Shown: one piece after another, positions 1 to 10,215 of the stretch | How positions within the stretch are numbered: the stretch's first letter is position 1 | Layout: the number at the start of each line of letters is the position of its first letter | Assembly: GCF_900167395.1 (NCBI RefSeq) | Contig: NZ_FUWK01000012.1 | Coordinates: forward strand, 24,146 to 56,145 | Source: Nitrosomonas europaea | Lineage (GTDB): Bacteria > Pseudomonadota > Gammaproteobacteria > Burkholderiales > Nitrosomonadaceae | Length of the DNA stretch: 32,000 nt | Direction: 5' to 3' | Position numbers and translations under genes: made by a program | Notes under the pieces: model-generated | What the model was told of the DNA's origin: nothing | The model's input: the letters and a program-made list of their open reading frames with translations, nothing else | Databases searched by the model: none

Positions 1-166
1 GCCATAACAAATTTGCATAATTCGGATACTAGGATTCTGGGAAGCGGTTCTATCATTGTGCACCGGCCGATTTTCTGACTAACCCGGTGTTCTGTCCAGT
101 CCGGTAAGGCTTGTGATGACAGATTGCCTTACTTTTCGGGTATTTCGATGGAGATGAAGAACCCTT

Positions 167-1195
167 ATGCGCACTTTGACAATTATATCCGTGATTTTGT
201 TTACCAGTCTGTTTTCTGGTCTGTCTTTCTCAGCTGGCGAAATCGGATTGCGGGATGACATTCCGGATCGCTACCAGGTCGTTCCTGGTGATACGCTCTG
301 GGGAATAGCCTCCCGCTTTCTCAAGGAGCCCTGGCGCTGGCCGGAAATCTGGCAGATGAACCGGGGGCAGATCAGGAATCCGCATCGGATTTATCCTGGA
401 GATGTCATCATCATCGAAAACACCCGGTATGGTAAGCGCCTGAGAATGGCGAGTGAGAAGGGTGTCGTCAGGCTCTCCCCTCGGATTCGTGCCGAGGAAT
501 CGGCTATGCGGGCTATTCCCGTTATTCCGGCTGCAAAAATCGAGCCTTTTCTGAATCAGCCACTGGTCATCGAAAAAGGCAAACTGGATAGAGCACCTGT
601 GATACTCGGGGCGAGTGACGATCGTGTGATTCTGAGTACCGGTGACAAGGTTTATGTGGGTGACCTGCCTGCCGATCAGGGCGTGATCTGGCAGGTATTT
701 CGCAATGGGAAAGCACTGACCGACCCTGACTACGATAACCGTATCCTTGGTTACGAAGCCGTTTATCTGGGAACGGTCGAAATCACCGATTTTGCAGTGA
801 TCAGTACGGCGAAGATTTCCCGTTCCGTGCAGGAGATCCTGAAAGGTGATCGCCTGTTGCCGCTTTCATCTGCCAGAATCGATGATTATCTGCCGCATGC
901 ACCTGATTTTCCGGTAACGGCCCGGATCATTTCAGTCTATGGCGGTGTGAACGAGATCGGGGAAAATATGATTGTGACGCTCAATCAGGGTAGTCACGAC
1001 CGGATCGAGCCTGGACACGTGCTTGCTGTTTATCGCAAGAATGATATACGGTCGCACGAGGGAAAGCCGGTCAGTCTCCCGGATGAACGTATTGGCCTGG
1101 CGCTGGTTTTTCGTGTATTCGATACAGTTTCCTACGCGCTGATCATGCAGAGCACTCAGGCGATCAAGGTGATGGATGCCGTGAAAACTCCCTGA
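167..1195 (+). CDS. LysM peptidoglycan-binding domain protein (exported)
   Basis: 342-aa ORF with an N-terminal signal-like segment (MRTLTIISVILFTSLFSGLSFSA). LysM-type motif YQVVPGDTLWGIASRF...IYPGDVI. GGAGA about 12 nt upstream of the ATG. It sits immediately upstream of dprA, as in many betaproteobacteria. Confidence 0.85.
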   Translation: MRTLTIISVILFTSLFSGLSFSAGEIGLRDDIPDRYQVVPGDTLWGIASRFLKEPWRWPEIWQMNRGQIRNPHRIYPGDVIIIENTRYGKRLRMASEKGVVRLSPRIRAEESAMRAIPVIPAAKIEPFLNQPLVIEKGKLDRAPVILGASDDRVILSTGDKVYVGDLPADQGVIWQVFRNGKALTDPDYDNRILGYEAVYLGTVEITDFAVISTAKISRSVQEILKGDRLLPLSSARIDDYLPHAPDFPVTARIISVYGGVNEIGENMIVTLNQGSHDRIEPGHVLAVYRKNDIRSHEGKPVSLPDERIGLALVFRVFDTVSYALIMQSTQAIKVMDAVKTP

Positions 1196-1285
1196 CAAGG
1201 TACAGCAAAGTTACTATACTCGCCCTTTTGTCTACCGTTACTCAGAAAATCAACCTTCGGATTCCGGAAGCCAGGTAGTCATCAG

Positions 1286-2416
1286 GTGAGTTTTTCTTCT
1301 ATGCAGATCGATCAGGATATCGAATCCTGGCTGCGCCTTGGCCTGACTGAAGGCGTGGGAGGAGGTGCTTTGCGCCGGCTGCTGATTGCCTTTGGTGATC
1401 CGGCCAGGGTACTCGCTGCCAGTCGGCCTGCGCTCGAAGGCGTCGTAAAAAAACCGGTTGCCACCAGCATTTTTCTCCGCAAGGTGGATGAAGAGAGACT
1501 GGCCAGGACCATCAAATGGCTGGAAGATCCTCTCAATTCACTGATTACACTGGCAGATTCGGATTACCCGAAGCTTCTGCTCAATATATCCGATCCTCCT
1601 CCCATACTTTATTTCAAGGGTCAACGGCAATTCCTGGCGCAGCCGGCAATGGCAATGGTCGGCAGTCGTAATGCGACACCACAGGGGCTTGCAAATGCCG
1701 ATGCCTTTGCCGAGGCTGCCAGTAACGCAGGATTTTGCATCATCAGCGGTCTGGCGCAGGGTATCGATACGGCCGCCCATCAGGGAGGATTGCGTGGCGC
1801 ATCTTCCAGTATGGCCATTGTCGGAACCGGACTTGATCTTGTCTATCCATCGAGAAACCATGAGCTTGCTCATAAACTGGCAAATGAAGGCGGGTTGATT
1901 TCAGAGTTTCCGCTGGGGACGCCAGCCATAAGCCGGAATTTTCCACGCAGAAACCGTATCATCAGTGGCATGTGTCATGCCTGTCTGGTTGTGGAAGCCA
2001 CGCTGTACAGCGGATCGCTGATTACCGCCAGACTGGCACTGGAACAGGGGCGCGAAGTGATGGCGATACCCGGTTCCATTCATTCCCCTTTGTCAAAGGG
2101 CTGTCATGCACTGATCAAACAGGGGGCAAAACTGGTCGAGAATATTCAGGATATTCTGGATGAGCTGCACTACCAGCCCCAGCCTGTGCCGCGATTTGAA
2201 TCTGTTGCGGATGAGGGTGGCGGGACAGGTGTACTAACGGGGGAGGGCGATGATACCGGGCTACTGATGTATTTTAGCTACGATTCCACCGATATTGATA
2301 CACTTTGCGCGCGCAGTGGCTTGACGGTTGAAACAGTATCCGCCATGCTATTGGGCTTGGAGCTGGAAGGCAGGATAGGCAGCCTTCCTGGGGGGAAGTA
2401 TCAGCGTATCCGTTGA
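1286..2416 (+). CDS. dprA: DNA-processing protein DprA (Smf)
   Basis: 376-aa ORF with DprA Rossmann-fold motifs (MVGSRNATPQG, SGLAQGIDTAAHQG, VVEATLYSGSLITA) and a C-terminal winged-helix-like tail. The GTG start at 1286 is uncertain; an alternative ATG lies at 1301. Confidence 0.9.
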   Translation: MSFSSMQIDQDIESWLRLGLTEGVGGGALRRLLIAFGDPARVLAASRPALEGVVKKPVATSIFLRKVDEERLARTIKWLEDPLNSLITLADSDYPKLLLNISDPPPILYFKGQRQFLAQPAMAMVGSRNATPQGLANADAFAEAASNAGFCIISGLAQGIDTAAHQGGLRGASSSMAIVGTGLDLVYPSRNHELAHKLANEGGLISEFPLGTPAISRNFPRRNRIISGMCHACLVVEATLYSGSLITARLALEQGREVMAIPGSIHSPLSKGCHALIKQGAKLVENIQDILDELHYQPQPVPRFESVADEGGGTGVLTGEGDDTGLLMYFSYDSTDIDTLCARSGLTVETVSAMLLGLELEGRIGSLPGGKYQRIR

Positions 2417-2496
2417 TTCAGTGGGTATCAGGCTATAATCACCGCCCTGTTAAGTGTCTTATAGTGGTTTTAATCCAGAATCACAGTGCAGAAACT

Positions 2497-2955
2497 ATGT
2501 TCGATATTCTCGTTTATTTATTTGAAAATTATTTCGATGCCGGAAATTGTCCGGATTCTGCCACGCTGACACGAAAACTGACCATGGCTGGCTTTGATGA
2601 CGAGGAAATCACGCTGGCGCTCGACTGGTTGTCTGATCTTTCCCGCCATGATGAAGAAGGCTATCTGGCCGGGTTGGCAGAAAGTGATTCAATGCGCCAT
2701 TTTACTGAAGAGGAAATGGAGATCATCGATACGGAAGGGCGCGGGTTCATTTTCTTCCTTGAACAGGCGGGTGTCATCAATCCTTTACAGCGTGAATTAC
2801 TGATTGATCGGGTCATCCGTATGGATGGCGATACTGCCAGTATAGAAAAAATAAAACTGGTGGTACTGTTTGATCTTTGGATTCAGAACCAGTTGACTGA
2901 CCGCAGTATCGTTGAGGGGTTGTTCGTAGTCAGTGATTCTCACCAGCGGCACTGA
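2497..2955 (+). CDS. smg: Smg protein (DUF494 family)
   Basis: The ORF track frame 2413..2955 contains the typical Smg N-terminus MFDILVYLFENYF starting at the ATG at 2497. The upstream 28 codons overlap the dprA stop and look non-coding. The dprA-smg-topoisomerase order is conserved. Confidence 0.85.
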   Translation: MFDILVYLFENYFDAGNCPDSATLTRKLTMAGFDDEEITLALDWLSDLSRHDEEGYLAGLAESDSMRHFTEEEMEIIDTEGRGFIFFLEQAGVINPLQRELLIDRVIRMDGDTASIEKIKLVVLFDLWIQNQLTDRSIVEGLFVVSDSHQRH

Positions 2956-3082
2956 TCCCTCGCAGACATTCCTTCCTGATCCATTAATAAATAATTGATT
3001 CCCGGTAAGCCGGGTAGTTTGATCGACTGACGCAGCCTGCTCGTCAGTTGCCCGCTGCGTCTGCAGTAGCATGTAAATATCT

Positions 3083-5581
3083 ATGAGTAAAAAACTGATC
3101 ATTGCCGAAAAGCCTTCTGTTGCCAGTGACATTGCGCGTGCCCTGGGTGGGTTTGTCAAGCAGAAGGATTATTTTGAGAGCGATGAGTTTGTGGTGTCCT
3201 CGGCAATCGGGCATTTGCTGGAGCTGATCGTCCCGGAAGAATATGAAGTCAAACGGGGAAAATGGAGTTTTGACCATTTGCCTGTTATTCCTCCGCGTTT
3301 TGATCTTGCTCCGATCGAAAAGACGACAGATCGTCTGAAGCTGCTCAGCAAACTGATCAAGCGAAAGGATGTCGATATGCTGATCAATGCTTGTGATGCT
3401 GGGCGTGAAGGTGAACTGATTTTCCGTTACATCGTGCGCCATGTCGGCAGCAAGAAACCTATCAAGCGCTTGTGGCTGCAATCCATGACCCCGTCAGCCA
3501 TACGCGAAGCTTTTGCAAATCTGTTGAATGATGCTGAAGTACAGTCTCTGGCAGATGCGGCTGTCAGCCGATCAGAGGCGGACTGGCTGGTGGGAATCAA
3601 TGGCACACGTGTCATGACCGCATTCAATTCACAGGAAGGTGGATTCCATAAAACTACGGTCGGTCGGGTACAGACACCGACACTTGCCATACTGGTCGAA
3701 CGGGAAGAAGCGATCAAAAAGTTCGTGGTGCGGGATTACTGGGAAGTTCATGCTACTTTCCAGGCAGAAAGTGGTGTTTATAAAGGAAAGTGGTTTGATG
3801 AAGGTTTCAGTAAGCGTAAGGATGAATCTGAATCCAGAGCAGATCGAATTTGGGACCATGCCAAGGCAGAAGTAATCCGTGATAAATGTGCAGGACGAAC
3901 CGGGGTCGTTACCGAAGAAAGCAAGCCATCCCGGGAAAATTGTCCTCTGCTGTACGATCTGACCAGTCTGCAACGTGATGCCAACAGCCGTTTCGGTTTT
4001 TCCGCCAAGGTGACATTGGGGCTTGCGCAGGCGCTGTATGAAAAACATAAGGTGCTGACTTATCCCCGTACTGATTCGCGTGCGCTTCCGGAGGATTATC
4101 CGGCGATCGTCAAAGATACGTTGCAAGTGCTGAAGGGATCACGTTACGACCGATTTGCCAGCCAGATTCTGGAATCAGACTGGGTAAAGCCGAACAAGCG
4201 AATCTTCAATAATGCCAAGGTTTCCGATCACTTTGCAATCATACCTACTGCCCTGGTGCCAAAGAAACTCAATGAAGCGGAGGAGAAACTCTACGATCTG
4301 GTCACCAAACGTTTTCTGGCGATTTTTTATCCGGCAGCAGAATTTCTGATCACGACCCGTATCACGCGCGTGGAAAATGAACCTTTCAAAACAGAAGGCA
4401 AGGTGTTGGTACATGCCGGCTGGCAGACGGTTTATGGCAAGGTGGAATCCGCCCAGGGGCAGGAAGAGGAATCGGTACTGGTGGCAGTCACACCGGGCGA
4501 GACAGTACTGGCACAGGAAGTGGCAGTCGTGGCCGGTAAGACACGTCCTCCTGCCAGATATAACGAGTCTACGTTGCTGTCAGCGATGGAAGGTGCCGGA
4601 AAACTGGTGGAAGATGAAGAATTACGTGCAGCCATGAGTGCCAAGGGGTTGGGTACGCCTGCTACGCGTGCCGCCATCATAGAGGGATTGATTCACGAAA
4701 ACTATGTCGAGCGTTCAGGAAGAGAGTTACAGCCGACAGCCAAAGCATTTTCGCTGGTGACGCTGTTGCGGGGGCTCAAAATTCCAGAGCTGATTTCTCC
4801 CGAGTTGACCGGCGACTGGGAATTCAAATTGCGCCAGATCGAGCAGGGTCAGCTCAAGCGTGATGTTTTCATGGAAAAGATTGCGGCGATGACGCGTCAT
4901 ATCGTCGAACAGGCCAAGAATCATCGTGATAAAACCATCAGCGGGGATTTTGCGACACTTCAGGTACCTTGTCCCGGATGTGGTGGGGTGATAAAAGAAA
5001 CGTACAAAAAATTTCAGTGTCAGCAATGTGATTTTGCATTGTGGAAAATTCTGGCGGGGCGACAATTCGAGGCAGCGGAAATGGAGACATTGATCTCTAC
5101 TCGTGAGATTGGCCCTTTATCGGGTTTCCGCAGCAAAATGGGGCGTGCGTTCAACGCAATTGTCAGGCTGACGGACGACTATGAAATGAAGTTTGATTTT
5201 GGCAATGAGGCTGATCAGGCACAGGAAAAAGTCGATTTTTCAGCGCAGCAACCACTTGGAAAATGTCCTCAGTGCGGTCACTCTGTTTATGAGCACAAAT
5301 TGCTTTATGTTTGTGAAAAGTCGGTTGGAGCGGGCGCTCCCTGCAGTTTCAGAACCGGGAAAATTATCTTGAATCGTGCTATTGAGGCGGAACAGGTAGT
5401 CAAGTTGCTACAGACAGGAAGAACGGATCTGCTGGCCGGATTTGTTTCCAGGAAAGGGCGGCCATTTTCTGCTTATCTGGTCGTAGGGCCGGCAGGAAAG
5501 ATCGGGTTCGAGTTTGAACAGAAAAAAACAAAGAGCAAACCTGCGGATACTGTTCCGGAAACCGGTAAAGCTGCTTCCTGA
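3083..5581 (+). CDS. Type IA DNA topoisomerase (TopB-like IAEKPS Toprim N-terminus with C-terminal Zn-ribbons; occupies the topA slot after dprA-smg)
   Basis: 832-aa ORF. Toprim start MSKKLIIAEKPSVASDIARALGG, active-site tyrosine region VLTYPRTDSRAL, and C-terminal Cys4 motifs (CPGCGG...CQQC and CPQCGH...C..C). I cannot decide from sequence alone whether databases label it topoisomerase I or III. Confidence 0.9.
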   Translation: MSKKLIIAEKPSVASDIARALGGFVKQKDYFESDEFVVSSAIGHLLELIVPEEYEVKRGKWSFDHLPVIPPRFDLAPIEKTTDRLKLLSKLIKRKDVDMLINACDAGREGELIFRYIVRHVGSKKPIKRLWLQSMTPSAIREAFANLLNDAEVQSLADAAVSRSEADWLVGINGTRVMTAFNSQEGGFHKTTVGRVQTPTLAILVEREEAIKKFVVRDYWEVHATFQAESGVYKGKWFDEGFSKRKDESESRADRIWDHAKAEVIRDKCAGRTGVVTEESKPSRENCPLLYDLTSLQRDANSRFGFSAKVTLGLAQALYEKHKVLTYPRTDSRALPEDYPAIVKDTLQVLKGSRYDRFASQILESDWVKPNKRIFNNAKVSDHFAIIPTALVPKKLNEAEEKLYDLVTKRFLAIFYPAAEFLITTRITRVENEPFKTEGKVLVHAGWQTVYGKVESAQGQEEESVLVAVTPGETVLAQEVAVVAGKTRPPARYNESTLLSAMEGAGKLVEDEELRAAMSAKGLGTPATRAAIIEGLIHENYVERSGRELQPTAKAFSLVTLLRGLKIPELISPELTGDWEFKLRQIEQGQLKRDVFMEKIAAMTRHIVEQAKNHRDKTISGDFATLQVPCPGCGGVIKETYKKFQCQQCDFALWKILAGRQFEAAEMETLISTREIGPLSGFRSKMGRAFNAIVRLTDDYEMKFDFGNEADQAQEKVDFSAQQPLGKCPQCGHSVYEHKLLYVCEKSVGAGAPCSFRTGKIILNRAIEAEQVVKLLQTGRTDLLAGFVSRKGRPFSAYLVVGPAGKIGFEFEQKKTKSKPADTVPETGKAAS

Positions 5582-5625
5582 TCTGGTTGGCAGTTTTCTT
5601 GCGTATTTCCGGAATAGTGATCGGG

Positions 5626-5877
5626 TCAGGCATAGACGTAGATAAGGTAACGTACAATACCTGACACGGCAGTAATGAGGATGGACAAACTGCCTACCAG
5701 TGCGAGTCCTTCGATAATGAAGAAAGTCAGTGCATGACCAAGGCTTTTGTATTCTATTTCTCCCGTCTCATTACGTCTCCGATCCTTGCGAACCTTGGTC
5801 CAGTAGAGAATCATGAAAGCGATTGGAAGGGCCAGAATTGAGTAAAGCAGGGTAGTTATCGGTGCGGTATCTTCCAT
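5626..5877 (-). CDS. Small two-helix membrane protein (hypothetical)
   Basis: 83-aa ORF with two hydrophobic helices (ITTLLYSILALPIAFMILYW and LTFFIIEGLALVGSLSILITAV) separated by a basic loop (KVRKDRRRNE). GAGG lies about 8 nt upstream of the ATG on the minus strand. I recognise no family. Confidence 0.5.
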   Translation of the reverse strand: MEDTAPITTLLYSILALPIAFMILYWTKVRKDRRRNETGEIEYKSLGHALTFFIIEGLALVGSLSILITAVSGIVRYLIYVYA

Positions 5878-6235
5878 CTGTTGACCTCGTTGAATATGAA
5901 TGAAATGAGTATAAGAAAAGGGGGGTATTGTATTTGATCTGCGGTAGCTTTAGTAGACGGTTGCGTCAATGTCCGGTATCCCTGGAAAAACAGGTTGGTT
6001 TACCGACAAAGCTGTTCAATAAGAAGTGTTGTAATAAGGAATTTTTTGGATGTGTTGCTGAAGAGCGGCGTTGAACGACATGAGAACGGGTTTGCCAGAT
6101 TGAATATACTTTTTTATCCAGAACATGATCTGCGAAATCAGATTCATCAACATCCTCAAAATTGTTGGGCCGGTGAAAGGAAATTTTCATGCAGTAGCTG
6201 GCCTTTGTTTTATGCCTGCAGGAGATCGCTAGTTT

Positions 6236-7531
6236 ATGCAATGGCTTGATCTTCCGCATGTACAGCGTGCACAAGGTAATGTACGCCTGCCGGGTTCGAA
6301 AAGTATTTCCAACCGCATTCTTTTGCTGTCTGCGCTGGCTGAAGGCACTACGATGGTCAGCAACCTGCTGGAGTCCGACGATACCGGGCGGATGCTGGAT
6401 GCATTAAGGCTGCTCGGGGTGGCGATCGTTCGCACCGATGATGGCAAATACCGGGTGGCAGGATGTAAAGGGAAATTCCCGGTAAGAGAAGCCGAACTGT
6501 TTCTGGGAAATGCCGGGACGGCTTTTCGTCCGCTGACTGCAGTGCTGGCACTGATGCAGGGTCATTATCGTCTTTCCGGTGTGCCACGAATGCACGAGCG
6601 TCCGATCGGAGATCTGGTGGATGCATTACGCCAGATCGGGGCTGTAATCACCTGTCTTGAGCATGAAGGTTTCCCGCCGCTGGAGATCCACCCGGCGGTA
6701 ATTCGTCCAGGTAATATCTCCATCAAAGGGAATATTTCCAGCCAGTTTCTCAGCGGATTGCTGATGGCGCTGCCGCTGACGGGCGAGCCGGTAACCATCG
6801 TTGTCAGTGGTACGCTTATTTCACAGCCTTATGTGGCACTCACGATTGCACAAATGGCACGTTTCGGCGTGCAGGTTAAACAGGAATCCTGGCAGCGCTT
6901 TATGCTGCCCGAAAATCAGACTTATCGCAGTCCGGGAAAGATTGCAGTCGAGGGAGATGCATCCTCTGCTTCTTACTTTCTTGCGGCTGGGGCCATTGCG
7001 GGTGGTCCGGTACGGATCGAGGGTGCGGGGAGTGACAGCTGTCAGGGAGATATCCGCTTCGTTGAAGCACTCGAGGCGATGGGAGCACGTATCAGCATGG
7101 GGAGTGACTGGATAGAATCTGGCGCTCCTGATGGTGGGGCCTTGAAGGCGATTGATTTCGACTGTAACCATATTCCTGATGCAGCCATGACATTGGCGAC
7201 AATGGCCTTGTTTGCACGAGGTACTACCACGCTCAGGAATATTGCGAGCTGGCGGGTCAAGGAAACCGACCGGATTGCAGCGATGTCTGCGGAACTGCGC
7301 AAACTGGGTGCCCGGGTCGAGGCAGGAGATGATTTTCTGCGAATTACGCCACCCGATGGTCCGCTTACTGCGGATGCCGTTATCGATACTTACGATGATC
7401 ACCGGATGGCCATGTGTTTTTCCCTGGTGTCATTGAGTGTGCCGGTGCGTATCAATGACCCGGGGTGTGTGGCTAAAACTTTCCCGGATTATTTCGAGAA
7501 ATTTGCAGCCATTACCCATACTCCTTTCTGA
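6236..7531 (+). CDS. aroA: 3-phosphoshikimate 1-carboxyvinyltransferase (EPSP synthase)
   Basis: 431-aa ORF with the [10 protein letters not shown] motif near the N-terminus, [13 protein letters not shown], and a C-terminal DHRMAM motif. AGGAGA lies upstream of the ATG. Confidence 0.95.
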   Translation: MQWLDLPHVQRAQGNVRLPGSKSISNRILLLSALAEGTTMVSNLLESDDTGRMLDALRLLGVAIVRTDDGKYRVAGCKGKFPVREAELFLGNAGTAFRPLTAVLALMQGHYRLSGVPRMHERPIGDLVDALRQIGAVITCLEHEGFPPLEIHPAVIRPGNISIKGNISSQFLSGLLMALPLTGEPVTIVVSGTLISQPYVALTIAQMARFGVQVKQESWQRFMLPENQTYRSPGKIAVEGDASSASYFLAAGAIAGGPVRIEGAGSDSCQGDIRFVEALEAMGARISMGSDWIESGAPDGGALKAIDFDCNHIPDAAMTLATMALFARGTTTLRNIASWRVKETDRIAAMSAELRKLGARVEAGDDFLRITPPDGPLTADAVIDTYDDHRMAMCFSLVSLSVPVRINDPGCVAKTFPDYFEKFAAITHTPF

Positions 7532-7569
7532 GAGTACATTGAGTCAGGAATGATCGATACTGGAAGAAA

Positions 7570-7588
7570 CCACGGATGATGTCCGTGG
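7570..7588 (+). terminator. Short hairpin downstream of aroA (weak terminator or processing-site candidate)
   Basis: CCACGGA-tgatg-TCCGTGG is a perfect 7-bp stem 39 nt after the aroA stop. No U-tract follows, so the function is uncertain. Confidence 0.25.
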
Positions 7589-7711
7589 AGGATGGTTCTG
7601 GACGAATGTTTTCAGGTATCCGGTGATCTTTGTAAAATAATAAATAACATCAGTATTTTAAGGGAGCAAACAGAATCCCAGAGCCTGTCATTTGGCCGGG
7701 GTCAACAGATT

Positions 7712-8383
7712 ATGGATAAACAGAATGTACCGGTAATTACGCTGGATGGCCCTTCCGCATCAGGAAAAGGCACAATTGCCCGCCTCGTATCACAGGCACT
7801 TGGATTCCACTATCTTGACAGTGGCGCACTCTACCGTCTGGTAGCGCTGGCAGCCATGAAGCGCAATACGGATGTCAGTGATGAACACAGCATGGTCGAT
7901 ATTGCCCGGCATTTGAATGTCTCTTTCAGAGATTCATCGATCTGGCTGGAGGGAAAGGATGTCAGTGATGAAGTACGGGCAGAGGCGTGCGGGGAGTATG
8001 CTTCCAGAATCGCTCAGTATTCTGCGCTCAGAGTGGAGCTGCTGGGGTACCAGCGGGATTTTCGCAAATCGCCGGGTCTGGTGACTGATGGGCGTGATAT
8101 GGGCTCGGTCATTTTTCCTGACGCCACTTTGAAAATCTATCTCACGGCAAGTGAGGAGGAGCGTGCGCTCAGGCGCCATAAGCAGTTGATGGAGAAGGGA
8201 ATAAATGCTAGTATCGCAGACCTGATCCAGGCGCTTCGGGCGCGCGATGAGCGTGACAGTAGTCGTTCCACGTCGCCGTTGCAGCAGTGCGAAGATGCGT
8301 GTCTGCTGGATACTACCGGCCTCAGTATAGATCAGGTTGTCAGCAGGGTATTGAATATGTATGCTGAAGCCCGGAAAGCTTGA
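7712..8383 (+). CDS. cmk: (d)CMP kinase (cytidylate kinase)
   Basis: Frame 7592..8383. The conserved protein starts at MDKQNVPVITLDGPSASGKGT (P-loop), ATG at 7712. The upstream 40 codons are AT-rich and unlike Cmk. aroA-cmk-rpsA synteny supports the call. Confidence 0.9.
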   Translation: MDKQNVPVITLDGPSASGKGTIARLVSQALGFHYLDSGALYRLVALAAMKRNTDVSDEHSMVDIARHLNVSFRDSSIWLEGKDVSDEVRAEACGEYASRIAQYSALRVELLGYQRDFRKSPGLVTDGRDMGSVIFPDATLKIYLTASEEERALRRHKQLMEKGINASIADLIQALRARDERDSSRSTSPLQQCEDACLLDTTGLSIDQVVSRVLNMYAEARKA

Positions 8384-8488
8384 GCTGCTTGGAGTTTGAG
8401 TTTTTAAGCCGTTTTTTTCTTTTTTATTAACCAACCAACCTGTCCCCTCTGTTTTTCGGGGAATTGTTTACGATCGGATATTTTTTAA

Positions 8489-10207
8489 ATGACTATTGCA
8501 ACCAGTGTAGCGGGCTCTTCGGAAAATTTTGCCGAACTTTTCAATGAAAGCCTTTCGCATAAAGAAATGCGTGTGGGCGAAGTGATTACTGCCGAGATCA
8601 TTCGTGTTGATTACAACTTCGTCGTGGTCAATGCAGGGCTTAAATCCGAGAGCTATATCCCGATTGAAGAATTCAAAAATGACAGAGGTGAGATTGAAGC
8701 CCGCGAAGGTGATTTTGTCAGTGTGGCTATCGAAGCACTTGAAAACGGATTTGGTGAAACCCGTTTGTCGAGAGACAAGGCAAAACGCCTGAATGCCTGG
8801 TATGAACTGGAAGAAGCCATGGAAAAAGGCAAGATCGTTACCGGCATGGTCAACGGGAAGGTAAAAGGTGGACTGACGGCCACGATTAACGGTATTCGTG
8901 CTTTTCTGCCAGGTTCTCTGGTGGATATTCGCCCGGTCAAGGATATGACGCCTTATGAAAATAAGGAAATGGAATTCAAGGTAATCAAGCTTGATCGCAA
9001 ACGTAATAATGTGGTCGTATCCAGACGTGCCGTACTGGAAGAAACCCAGGGTGCAGATCGGGATGAGTTACTGGCCAGTCTGCAGGATGGTGCGGTCGTT
9101 CAGGGAATCGTCAAGAATATTACGGATTATGGTGCATTTGTGGATCTGGGCGGGATCGATGGCCTGCTGCACATTACCGACCTTGCCTGGCGCCGTGTGA
9201 AACATCCGACCGAAGTCATCAATGTGGGCGATGAAGTGACTGCCAAGGTTCTGAAATTCGATCAGGAGAAAAACCGTGTTTCTCTGGGATTGAAACAGCT
9301 TACGGAAGATCCGTGGATTGGTCTTTCGAGACGTTATCCCCAGGGTACACGTATCTTCGGTAAAGTTACCAATATGACCGATTACGGTGCCTTCGTCGAA
9401 ATCGAACAGGGGATCGAAGGTCTGGTGCATGTTTCGGAAATGGACTGGACCAACAAAAATGTCTATCCATCCAAAATTGTGCAGTTGGGCGATGAAGTCG
9501 AAGTCATGATTCTTGAAATCGACGAGGATCGTCGACGTATTTCTCTGGGGATGAAACAGTGCAGACCCAATCCCTGGGAAGAGTTCTCACTTAGTCATGA
9601 GAAAGGTGACAAAGTTACCGGGCAAATCAAATCGATTACAGACTTCGGTTTGTTCATCGGATTACCAGGCAACATCGACGGTTTGGTACATTTGTCTGAT
9701 CTTTCCTGGAATCAGCCTGGCGAAAAAGCAATCAGCGAATTCAAGAAAGGGGATGAAGTTGAAGCAGTGGTGTTATCCATTGATGTAGAGAAAGAACGTA
9801 TTTCTCTGGGCATTAAACAACTGGAAGGCGATCCTTTCAATATTTATGTTGCCTCGCATGATAAGAACAGTATCGTCAAGGGTACCGTCAAATCTGTTGA
9901 CGCCAAAGGTGCTGTTATTGCGCTGACTGACGAGGTAGAGGGTTATTTGCGTGCTTCCGAGTTCTCGCGCGACAAGATCGAGGATATTCGTTCCCGTGTC
10001 AATGAAGGAGATGAGATCGAAGCGATGATCATCAATATTGATCGCAAGAACCGGAGCATCAGTCTGTCAGTCAAGGCAAGAATTCAGGATGAGGAAGATA
10101 AAGCCGTCAAATCACTGGCCTCGGTGTCCAACCCTGCCAGTGCCGGTACGACTAACCTGGGTGCGTTACTCAAAGCCAAGATAGACAGCAAATCGTCAGA
10201 AGAATAA
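8489..10207 (+). CDS. rpsA: 30S ribosomal protein S1
   Basis: 572-aa ORF made of six repeated S1 (OB-fold) domains, with recurring G..V.G.V..I.DFGAFV.L..G..GL.H.S motifs. It follows cmk. Confidence 0.97.
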   Translation: MTIATSVAGSSENFAELFNESLSHKEMRVGEVITAEIIRVDYNFVVVNAGLKSESYIPIEEFKNDRGEIEAREGDFVSVAIEALENGFGETRLSRDKAKRLNAWYELEEAMEKGKIVTGMVNGKVKGGLTATINGIRAFLPGSLVDIRPVKDMTPYENKEMEFKVIKLDRKRNNVVVSRRAVLEETQGADRDELLASLQDGAVVQGIVKNITDYGAFVDLGGIDGLLHITDLAWRRVKHPTEVINVGDEVTAKVLKFDQEKNRVSLGLKQLTEDPWIGLSRRYPQGTRIFGKVTNMTDYGAFVEIEQGIEGLVHVSEMDWTNKNVYPSKIVQLGDEVEVMILEIDEDRRRISLGMKQCRPNPWEEFSLSHEKGDKVTGQIKSITDFGLFIGLPGNIDGLVHLSDLSWNQPGEKAISEFKKGDEVEAVVLSIDVEKERISLGIKQLEGDPFNIYVASHDKNSIVKGTVKSVDAKGAVIALTDEVEGYLRASEFSRDKIEDIRSRVNEGDEIEAMIINIDRKNRSISLSVKARIQDEEDKAVKSLASVSNPASAGTTNLGALLKAKIDSKSSEE

Positions 10208-10215
10208 GGCCGGTT

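Noticed and set aside
1-5. GCCAT at the window edge could be the first codons (ATGGC, Met-Ala) of a divergent def gene, which often neighbours the LysM-dprA cluster.
   Set aside because: Only 5 nt are visible, so nothing can be supported from the sequence.
104-132. Hairpin GTAAGGC-N15-GCCTTAC followed by TTTT, upstream of the LysM gene. It could be a terminator.
   Set aside because: No upstream plus-strand gene is visible to terminate, and the 7-bp stem has a 15-nt loop. It may be part of the LysM gene leader. The evidence is insufficient.
2413-2496. N-terminal extension of the smg ORF (MIQWVSGYNHRPVK...).
   Set aside because: The canonical Smg N-terminus MFDILVYLFENYF starts at 2497, and the extension overlaps the dprA stop and has no family-like sequence.
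3629-4126. Long antisense or out-of-frame ORFs inside strongly supported genes. Examples: 3629-4126(-), 3044-3481(-), 6821-7402(-), 7934-8434(-), 9068-9430(-), 10084-10506(-), 12066-12497(+), 13419-13889(+), 15622-16092(+), 18679-19077(-), 21121-21586(-), 22309-22920(-), 22631-23083(+), 25610-26065(+).
   Set aside because: These are shadow ORFs opposite or overlapping conserved full-length genes. Their composition is skewed (Arg/Ser/Cys-rich or low complexity), and they have no start signals.
5499-5512. GGGTTCGAG resembles a tRNA T-arm (GGTTCGA). I checked for tRNA genes here and at 6294-6300.
   Set aside because: Both are inside well-supported coding sequences (topoisomerase, aroA), with no acceptor or anticodon stems around them. 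I found no tRNA, rRNA or tmRNA in the window.
5966-6274. A 102-aa minus-strand ORF and the overlapping 84-aa plus-strand ORF (5995-6249) upstream of aroA.
   Set aside because: They are mutually overlapping with weak or absent SDs and no recognisable domains, and the long form overlaps the aroA start. The region is flagged as a finding, but I make no gene call.
7592-7711. N-terminal extension of the cmk ORF.
   Set aside because: Cmk proteins begin a few residues before the P-loop, and the 40 extra codons are AT-rich promoter-like sequence.
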